Below, one piece after another: positions 25,248-34,743 of a stretch of 64,000 nt of DNA. The notes beneath the pieces are model-generated. The model was not told the origin of the DNA. It saw only the letters and a list, made by a program, of their open reading frames with translations, and ran no database searches. Within the stretch, counting starts at the first letter, position 1; each line of letters begins with the position of its first letter. Source of the stretch: Fimbriosthenelais zetlandica (lineage: Eukaryota). The translations under genes and the position numbers were made by a program. Where the stretch lies: positions 49,662,001-49,726,000 of the forward strand of contig OZ365111.1 in NCBI GenBank assembly GCA_977030845.1, read 5' to 3'.

Positions 25248-25980
25248 GATGGAATAATGAAAGATTTAATTAATTGAATATTTTTTAAACAAAGTTATAT
25301 TACAATATATACATTTCCATGTTTCACAAATGAATAAATTTCTGTATCAAATCGGTTCTTTGATAATAAAAGCCAATCTCCACTGGTGTGAACTTCATTG
25401 AGACACAAGGGCGACAAAGCTATAATGCATGGGTTGCAAGAAGTACCAGTGGAAGACGGCCTTAAGGTATGTAACACATCCGACCTCAATTTTAATATTT
25501 CGTTTACTGCTGCGTATAGGATTGCAATATAATAACTTTAATAACTCCCATAATAAGCTTAGTTTGTAACATATTCTTGAGTGTTTGCCCAATGTGTTAA
25601 TCTATGTACCAGCGTATATGTGTATTGGAAGCTTTCTGTGTGGAAGCTATGCTATGCAACAGCTTCACTCTTAGCAACCATAGAGAGAGAAAGCTGAGAT
25701 CGACCGATATAAAAGTTTTGGAAATGAGAAGTCAAATCAGTCTTGGCTCAGTCCTTCACCTCCCAACCACTTCCACCAGTCTTCTTGGCCTGCTTGAGGT
25801 TGTGAGAAACCATCCAGTACTCCAACATTCCTGTATTTGCCCAGTTGAAAAGACGGTACCGGTGTTAACTGTTGGAATAGTCTCCAGAAGATTCAGCAGC
25901 CAACAGCAACTAGTCTCCAGTAAATTCAGCAGTCAATAATTATAACTTCTGAATTCAGTTGAAAACTAGCAAAACCAAAA

Positions 25981-27492
25981 ATGGAATATCTTGGACACAC
26001 ACGCACAGCTTCCTACATGACCGGACCTAGAGTTGGAGGGATGGGAGCACCAACCTTCCTCCCCTCCATCTCCACAATGGGATCGTCCAACAAGCCTTAC
26101 GATACGTACCCAGCACCATCGCCACTACGTCGCTCCCTTACGACCCTTCCATGGCGGCCAAGCACCTACTACAGCTCTGCTCGAGTAGAACCAACCATCC
26201 CTGTCAACCGTAGCATGCCAGGAGCCCATGTCATGACAGAGCTTGACAGTGCCAAGGTACCTCCTGTCTTTGCTGCTGCTAGGAACGCTCTGTACACCCG
26301 TTACACTCCTAACGATTGGATGGCGTCCAACAGCTCCCAGTACATGACATCAGATCGCGTCCGTAGCGGCGCCGCATGCGTGCGATATGACACCGACAGA
26401 TTAGTAAGGCAAGTTGACGATTTGACACGCAGCACACAGAGTGACGTCGGCAAGAAGCTGGGAGAACGACTAGGTGACATTCACTTCTGGAAGACGGAGG
26501 TAAGCAATGAAACTGACAGCGCTATCACAGAGATTGACACCCTAGTACGATCCAAGACCATCCTAGAGAAGACCCTAGTGAAGACTGAGAACCCACTACA
26601 CATCGCCCAGGAGTGTCTCTACAACAGGGAGAAGCGCCAGTCAATCGATCTGGTCCATGATAATGTCGAGAAGGAGCTCATCAAGGAAGTTGACACTATC
26701 AAACGCTGTCAGGAGGAGATGAGGAGGCTCATCCAGGATGCTAATAACCAGATTGCCACGAGCCGCGCTGGGCAGCATGAGCTAGAGAAGGACCACCGCG
26801 ACAAGAACTCAGCTCTGCATCTTGATAATACATGCCACCAGCTGAGAAACAGCTCCCGTGGAATCGCCTACTACGATGGTATTGATCGGGTTGACAATGC
26901 CATCTCAGTACCTCAATCCTGGGCTCGTTTCTCTAATGATAACATCCAGCGTTCCCAGTCTGAGCGCGCTGGCTCCCGAAACATGAGGAACATGATCGAG
27001 GCCCTCCTGAACAAATGTGCCACGGCTATGGTTAACCAATGGAACACAGTCAACAGTGCCTTCACCGACCGCATCCGTGAATACATGGATGCCAAGAACA
27101 AGCTCCAAACCCATCTCTCACAGGTTCTTCAGGAGATCTTTGATATGGAGAAGAATATCGAGCTCCTGAAGAAGTGTATTCAGGATAAGGAGGCGCCTAT
27201 GCAGGTCGCACAAACCCGGTTGTCCACACGAACCCGCCGACCTAATATTGAGGCCTGCAGGGATCCCGTACAGCATCGGTTAGTGGCGGAGGTAAATGAG
27301 ATCAACGGAACCGTCGAGTCACTCCGAGCTAAACTCAGGGAGGCTGAGAATGCCCTCCAGCATCTGCTCCGCACCAAGAGCTCCCTGGAGCAGGATCTCT
27401 CTGTAAAGAATAACTCACTATTCATGGATAGGGAGAAGTGTATGGGGATGCGCAAGACCTTCCCTATGTCACCAAGAGTATCAGCCTACTGA
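25981..27492 (+). CDS. TEKT3: Tektin-3/5 family filament protein, intronless, 503 aa
   Basis: Uninterrupted ORF. AARNALYTRYTPNDW, LGERLGDIHFWK, PLHIAQECLYNREKRQSIDLVHDNVEKEL, signature variant RPNIEACRD, DLSVKNNSLFMDREKCMGMRKTFP. Confidence 0.93.
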   Translation: MEYLGHTRTASYMTGPRVGGMGAPTFLPSISTMGSSNKPYDTYPAPSPLRRSLTTLPWRPSTYYSSARVEPTIPVNRSMPGAHVMTELDSAKVPPVFAAARNALYTRYTPNDWMASNSSQYMTSDRVRSGAACVRYDTDRLVRQVDDLTRSTQSDVGKKLGERLGDIHFWKTEVSNETDSAITEIDTLVRSKTILEKTLVKTENPLHIAQECLYNREKRQSIDLVHDNVEKELIKEVDTIKRCQEEMRRLIQDANNQIATSRAGQHELEKDHRDKNSALHLDNTCHQLRNSSRGIAYYDGIDRVDNAISVPQSWARFSNDNIQRSQSERAGSRNMRNMIEALLNKCATAMVNQWNTVNSAFTDRIREYMDAKNKLQTHLSQVLQEIFDMEKNIELLKKCIQDKEAPMQVAQTRLSTRTRRPNIEACRDPVQHRLVAEVNEINGTVESLRAKLREAENALQHLLRTKSSLEQDLSVKNNSLFMDREKCMGMRKTFPMSPRVSAY

Positions 27493-27557
27493 ACTGAACG
27501 ACCTGCTCCATTATTCTGACAACGCAACACAATGAATATCAGGGAATATCATTAGAA

Positions 27558-27758
27558 AGGTCACCGGTTCGAACCACGGCTGGGTCAAACCAAAAAGTAG
27601 AAAAATATTACTAGTAGCTCCCTCGCGTGGCACTCAGTAATAAGAGGACAGTGCTAGGACTGGTCGGCCTGGTTTCAGGATAATGTTATTGGGTGACGGG
27701 TGAGGCATCATGTCATGTGCCTTCGTATATTGATACCCCACTGAGGCAGCACTATAAG
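27558..27758 (+). mobile_element. 5'-truncated tRNA-derived SINE, Meta-domain-like, just 3' of the tektin stop
   Basis: B box GGTTCGAACC then gggtcaaaccaaa..ctccctcgcgtggcactcagtaataagagg..gctaggactggtcggcc..gaggcagcactataag; resembles the recalled MetaSINE body. Confidence 0.6.
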
Positions 27759-29055
27759 AACATAGGTCTCACTGTCACAAATTTGGGATCGAAGTTGATA
27801 CAGTAAATTCATTCTGATGACGATCACTTCATGGTAGTGAACTCCTTTACACAATTCATGGGTTCCCGTATACAGCGCTCTCTGGTATATAGTGAACACC
27901 TCGATATAGTGAACACTTTTCACCTTTTCAATGAAGGGGCATAATCTCCACCAGTCCCCTCTCCAACCCAACCCACGACCCCCACAAAAAAATAATTACA
28001 AATTGTGGGTACGGGCCTGAAAGACAATAGGTCTGTGTGAGTGAGTCCTATAGAGTCTGTGTGAGGGTGATTAGACTGCGGTAATAGAATAGCCTGGTGA
28101 TATTGTGCTATCAATTATGTCACTCATATCCCAATTACAAACACAAGCCTATAGGACAAGCCATATGGCTTGATGGTCGGATGAGGCAGTAGAATAGACA
28201 GTGGAGGATCACTGATGCCACTTGCTTGTATATATTGGCTTGTGACTTTAAAATGAATATCAGAGCTGGAGTTCAAGGAAAAAATAGAAAATGAAAAGAA
28301 AAAAAGCTGATCTCTCCCCCTCCAAAAACGTTATTTGCGCGACAAAACATAAAGTTTTTTTTAGTGAAGATAAGCCTTCATATGTAGAAAGGGACTATAC
28401 GCACTAATAATTTTGATTTAAACTGGCATAAACCTGTAGGTTGATACCGATAGAGAAGACTTGTGAAGCGTTCATGATATCATACCCTGTTAACATAGCA
28501 ACATGCAATATTCTACTTGAATACAAATAAAATACGTATAAAAGTAAAAAAAATAGAATGTTTTTTTATAGTCATCATTCATGTGGGTCTATGACAAATT
28601 CTGGTGTCGCCATTCTGATTTGATTATAAACTACCTGTCCGCTGCTGTGATATTTAGGTTTTAACACGAGTAATAATATTTTTAATAACAACTTTTAAAT
28701 CGTATAGATGTACGTCACGGTCTCTATAAGACCCTATAGACATTTCTAAAACATTTAGTAATTGGTCTATACGTTAACAAAAACGTCCAAACGTAAGTTT
28801 ACAAAAATGCCAACCGTGTACTAAATGGGTCATAAATCATACCTCCATGCATGGATGTTATTTGTGAGGTGGGATTTTCATAAGTCTATAATTATGGATT
28901 ATACATCTTTCTGGGTCAGCCATCATGTTTATAGATCACAGTGCGATCATAGTCAAATACTTCGAGGACGCCAACCTATCTTGTTCTCCAAATTTTATCA
29001 TCATCACCAAAAGTGTCAAGGACTTTTTTCTTCGGAAAGTAAGAACGTCATTGAA

Positions 29056-32000
29056 ATGGTGGAGGATGAAATGGAAAGCGACAAGATGTGTCAGCGAGAA
29101 AGGAACAAAGAAAAGAGGAGAATTATGAAGAATATACTGCTATTGGGAGTTGTAATACACCTGTTGTGTGTCGCTTTGAGGGTAAGAATTTTTTTCTAAA
29201 CCACTTGATTCTCAATGAAATTAAAGTTGACTTGGTAACATGCGGTCAATCTTCAACATCAACTCTGATTGCGTGTGTAGAAGCGAATATCATGTTACTA
29301 GAATTACAAAATAATTTGAAAAAATTGCATTGGATTATTATTACAGTCAGGTTATATTATTATTCTGTATTTTCTTTCATATTAATCCATAAGTAGAGCA
29401 TGTTATAGAATACCATAGATCATATTAATATAATACAAAAAAACAAGTACGTGTACATGTACACCCCCTTGGCAGTTTCATTAACATACGAAAAGCATTA
29501 TTGTATGCTACACAGAGTTTCTCAAGAGAACAATTCCACCACAGCTGCGACATGTATTGAGATGAAAAGTAGGTCTGGAAGTAGATCTCCACCGCCTCAG
29601 AACACATATTGAATTTACGGCAAGAATAATTCCCCTGCATTGGCATGCAGATGTCTGCACTGCCTCATAATATCTTTATCATCTCTCATGTCTTTGCCTA
29701 TATAAAGTGACCAAGATACTTGACAGAAGCATCCTCCCCACAACCGGGCATCTTTCCTCCGTCTGACGTGTGTGTAGCATCTGGACCTGCTAGAGGAGGA
29801 TGGACAGAAGGGACTTCCTGCAAACTTTCACCTCCTATTCGGAAAGGGGAGAATGTAGTATTTGTTATGTACATGTTACGACAGATCACAATGGCACTTA
29901 TAATTGATGTCTTGATCAAGCCCATAACTTTCACAAGTTCCCAAAACCTTGAATAGTTCTGTTACAGATGGACAAAACACGACAAGGTCATATGCATACA
30001 TCAAATGGTTATTCGTTCTATCACCAGATAAGCATCCAGCTTGACACCTGGGCATTATTCAAATCGTCCTTATATACATTAAATAGGTGCGGGGAGATTA
30101 TCCCCCTTGCCTTACATCATTTGTTACTCTGAATTTGGTTTGAAATGGTTCCAGACCACATAATGTCCAATTGACAGGATTTTACTTGCTATTTCCAGAT
30201 ACCCTACAGACTCCAGAGTAGTATTAACAGAGAGAAGGGAATAGGAGTGATCACTGTGGGACTAAACTACGGTGTCTCCGTGCTATCATGTTTATTTATA
30301 ACGAAAGTTTTCACGTCAAAAGTTGGTCATAGAAAAAGTTTTCTCACAGTGGCTTTTACCCTCGGTAGCTGGATACTGGCTAACGGATATGCTGGTATGT
30401 AACTTATGGTCCTTCATTTCTTTAGGGTTAAACTGGCACTTAAATCAATCTTGTCCATGTACACAAAGTCAAAAGTGCCATTTTTAGTACATCACTGCGT
30501 TGTCACATGTCAGCTGACTTCCTGCATTTTTGCCAGCCAATGCCCATCCAAGAATCTGGGTCAAACTAACATAGATTGACCCAAAGATATGATCAATTCA
30601 GAATCATGAGGATCATTCAATGTTTTCCTATCTTCTTCAGTGTGGGCCACTATGATTCCAGCAGCCGTTTTGTTAGGTTTGGCTACAGGTTTTATATGGG
30701 TTTCACAGGGTTCTTACAGCACCCTCTCAGCCGTGAGATATGCTGAACTCACAGACACCCCTGTCAAAGCTATACTTTTCATGTTCTTTGGGATTGGCTA
30801 TGCTTTTAAAACGTCAAGTAAGTTGGCATTTTAAATAAGTTCCAATAGCTTAATGATCAAAGTGTGAAGGCACAAAATCACTGGTATCACAATGCAAAGG
30901 ACTTGCAACTCAAATTGGGGGGGGGGTTTCAGATTCTAAATGTATAATTTGTATACGAATTATTTTATGCATTGAGAATTTTCCTATGGAATTATATATA
31001 TTGTTCCTATATCTGATTTTCCTGCTCAAAATTATTCTTTACCTAATGCAGGTAATCTCGTCAGTTCGGTTCTGTCATCAACAATACTACAAACAGTTCC
31101 TGCTAATGTTACCATAGAAACCAATGACACAGTCCTGGCGACGTGTGGTGCTAGAGACTGTCCTGGTACTAATAGATCCAACCTAAACCTGGAAAGACCA
31201 CCAAGCTATGTGGTAAGCTATACCTCAAACAGGAGGCCCAAACATTCAAGCTTTAAAATAACTGCACGAAATGCATTGATTTCATTGAGTAATCCATTGT
31301 CAGATACAGTCAGAATAAAAGGTACAAAATACTGTCCAGAGAGTTCAGCCTTTGCCTTAGTGCAACTGTTAGTAAGCAAAAGTAACCAAATAATAACTCA
31401 AATCTGCCCAACCTGTTAGGGATTTTTAGCAGATGGGTATGTCTGTACTTCAGAAATCTTGAAAAACATTGGTCAGATTCAGTGAAAAAAAAACATTGTG
31501 CATACAAGTTCAAGTACCAAACTTCTTGGTTTGAAGGGAGTTAAGCCAGAGAGGGAGAGAGACAGTTTCTAACGAATGTTTGAGCCTGGGAGGGAGTTTT
31601 AATTCTACTTTCAGATCTGGATTTTGCTTGGTGTTAGTGTCGGACTTTGTGTCATAGCTGCATGTATAACTATGTTCCTAATGGACGATGCACCCAAAAA
31701 CCCCAAAGCTGATAAAGAGAAAGAGGATTGGAAGAATGTGTTTACATCGACTATTAAACTTTATCGATATAAAGAAGCCTGGTTGCTACTGCCCATGGCA
31801 TTTTATCAGGGAATGCAACCGTCTTTCTTTTCATCAGAATTTGGCAAGGTATGTCAACTTAAGTTTTACATGTGATTCAAAGCATTTAATTTGCAATCCT
31901 ATACATATTACTGACATTACACACTGCTGGTAAAATCACAACTAGGATTTTAAAATTGTATCTATTCTCCAAGACATCATTTGCTGTGAATAATAATTCT

Positions 32001-33486
32001 GTCATCCCTCGTTCCTTCTAACAATACACCTTTCAATTTAACCCTGACTTAAACATAACTCTCTCTGACGCAGAAGGTTAATAACCTATAACTTTTAAAA
32101 AAGCTTGAGTGACTGCTTGAATGAAATTGAATATACAAATTGCTCTTGCTCTTTCCTTTCATGAACAGTCCTATATCGCGTGCACTCAGGGGATCTGGAT
32201 GATTGGTTATGTCCATATCGCCTATGCTATTGTGGGATCTGTTACATCTCTTGCCAGTTCCAAACTCCTCAAGAAATATGCGAACAGCCGCCTTCCTGTC
32301 ATCTTCACGGGTATTATTCCTTTATTTTCCTTTTAAGGCCTTGCTCCACTGGAGGGGCTGATTTTGGAGAGTGCTCGTCTTTACAACAAGGCAACTGGGA
32401 TATCAAAGGCCAGCCATGTCCCCCATTCTCTATGGTGAGTGGCATGTAAAAGGCCAGCCATGTCTGTCACTGTTTGTGGTGAGGCATGTAAAAGGCCAGC
32501 CATGTCTGCCACTGTTTGTGGTGAGGCATGTAAAAGGCCAGCCATGTCTGCCACTGTTTGTGGTGAGGCATGTAAAAGGCCAGCCATGTCTGCCACTGTC
32601 TGCATTGAGATGTATGTAAAAGAACCATATTGAAGTATTTCGAGAGAGGTGGCTCGTTTTAGTTTGGACACGAGAGTGCATGAACAAGTTACTGTTTCCA
32701 CTTTCAGTGATGTTGATTGATCTTGGTAGTCAACTGGCTCTTCTGTTCTGGAGACCGAGATCGGATTCATTATGGATCCTTGTTGTCCTTTCATCTCTAT
32801 TTGGTGGCACGATTGGAATATGGTGCACATATGTTAGTGGTGAGTAGTGACTTATAATGGGTGCCAAGGTTCCATTAGTTCCTTAAGTAAATTAGGATGC
32901 GCCACTATTTAATATTAAATGCTGGTATCCGAAAATAACTGGCACTTCTGAATCCTGTCATATTGTAACAACTATTACAAAATGTTTGAACGGTTTGAAA
33001 CCCCAATGATCTGGTCAAATTGTGTAACACATTATTTAAGTTACATGGTAATGTAGTCGATTTCAGATTATATTTGTATTAGTGACTTGTCATTGTAAAG
33101 AGCTGCAGTGGCTATAAATCTTGTCATACAAATATCTCTTCCTATTTCCAGCCATATATGGTGCTGTGTTCACTAGCAATACCGAAGCCGCCTTCTCTCT
33201 CAACGTCAAATGTGTTTCTCTAGGCTCGGCGTTTCTCTACTGCTGTTCTTACTTTCTGTGTGTATCAACTAAACTTCTTATTCTCATGGTCATCCTGGTG
33301 CTTGGCGTTACTGGTTACTTTACTGTTGAAATACTCGACAAAAACAAGAGGAAAAGCCAGCCTCGAGAAGGCGGGAACACTGTGATCGAGGAATGCAAGC
33401 TCGCCGAAAATACTAAATCAGATTTGAAGATGGACAAGGAGCAAGATACTGTAGAAAAGATGTTAGAAGAAGATAAAAAAGATTAA
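29056..33486 (+). CDS. UNC93A: UNC-93-like MFS membrane protein, copy 1 (~500 aa)
   Basis: Exons 29056-29181, 30199-30394, 30641-30817, 31052-31212, 31615-31848, 32169-32310, 32708-32839, 33152-33486; phases consistent, no internal stops. Motifs KNILL, LQSSIN.EKGIG, ANGY, IWVSQGSY, NLVSS, CGARDCP, WRP, TEAAFS. Confidence 0.88.
29455..29722 (-). mobile_element. Frameshifted non-LTR retrotransposon ORF2 fragment (C-terminal part of RT region)
   Basis: Across frameshifts reads VKYLGHFI / GKDMRDDKDIMRQCRHLHA / GN..CRKFNMCSEAV...LWW....KLCVAYNNAFRMLMKLPR, a typical LINE post-RT pattern. In intron 1 of copy 1 only. Clade not resolved. Confidence 0.8.
32390..32665 (+). mobile_element. Deu/Nin-domain-like SINE remnant with internal 42-bp minisatellite (~5 units), UNC93A copy 1 intron 6
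   Basis: Leader aactgggatatcaaaggccagcc, near-identical 42-bp core units, then atgtaaaagaaccatattgaagtatttcgagagagg. Confidence 0.75.
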
Positions 33487-34743
33487 AATGAAATATACAA
33501 AAGACGTATATGCAATGCTAAGAGATCTGTTCACAGAGGCTTCCAATGGTCAATCAAAAAAGATTTTTAAAGAGGTTTTATGATAAAGTCAAGTTAATAT
33601 AAAACTATTACGATATAATACACTACTCTTTCCATGGATACTGATGACTCAATAAATAATAAATTTGAAGTCTTCTCTGTGCACATATATGTATGTATAT
33701 GTACATAATTATGTACATATGTAAGGGTTTTCCAACATATCAGGTGCGTCTTGATAGACACCAGACAGCAAAACGTCTTAAACCACTGCCCTTCGCTATC
33801 CCATCCCCAACGACAACAATTTTTTATTGAGAGTTAGAACTTCAATGCAAGAATTAAGCTATAACAACAAAGACAAAAAACTGTAATTTTTAGTACTCAG
33901 GAAACACACAAAGAGTGTATAAACGGAGAGTTCACAAGTTTGTTGTTAATGTAAACACACAAGCTATAGTGTCAGTCACAGTCACACTAACAATTTAAAT
34001 TATCCTCAAGAATGAGATTCCCAAGAATGAATAACATTTCTATTGTAAAATGTCTAGAGAAAATATCGCAACTTTGCTTCTGAAATAATTTAAGAAGATT
34101 CAGATTATTTTTTGATATCATGCACTGGCTCAAATAATTGAAGCACTAAGACATGGGAAGGGCAATGAACTCAGACAATAAATGACACACTTATCGATTA
34201 ACCCTGAGATTACTACCTACACATCAATAAAGGACTTAATCTTTGTATCCAATGATATGATGATTAAATGTCATTCAATAAAGAAAATAAATGTATTAGG
34301 GTAAGATTAGAGAAGGGTTAGTGGGTGGAGACGACGTATTGATGATAAAAATATGATTGTTTGACAGAGATAAGTTTGGGTGGGCAGGTGCCCTCATGTA
34401 AGGTTATTAATATATAGCATCATCCCACATGAAGACATACAGTCTTTCACTAGTTGGGAGGATATAGCACATAATCCTGACATGACCAAAGTTGTTAGCT
34501 ACTGACCAATATGGACATAAACTAATCGTGAGTTGGAACTTTCAGAGTCTATATGACTTTTGTTATCAAACAAATCTAGTATAGTTTATACATCTTTCTG
34601 GGTCAACCATCAATGTTTATAGGTCACAGGACGAAAGAAGCATAGTCAAATATTTTTAGGACACAAACCTATTTTGTTCTACAAATTTTCGACACCAACA
34701 GTGTCGAGGACTTGTTTTTCGGAAAGTTAAGAACGTCATTGAA

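Noticed and set aside
25053-25277. ORFs spanning the N run
   Set aside because: Artefacts of the assembly gap.
26905-27455. Minus-strand ORFs within tektin (and similar ones within the GPCR and cadherin)
   Set aside because: Shadow frames of strongly coding sequence.
28825-29055. In-frame upstream ATG extending UNC93A copy 1 by 77 aa
   Set aside because: The homologous region in copy 2 has frame-breaking indels, so it behaves as 5'UTR.
30933-30941. 9-nt AG...GT microexon candidate that would fix the exon 3/4 length
   Set aside because: Not conserved in copy 2 (no GT) and would encode NSKC rather than a family-like sequence.
32381-32830. 149-aa and overlapping ORFs with repeated peptides ([14 protein letters not shown]; [14 protein letters not shown]), also at 12327-12599, 14028-14305 and 36983-37803
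   Set aside because: They arise because the 42-bp unit is a multiple of 3 and stop-free; they lie in introns or antisense to real exons.
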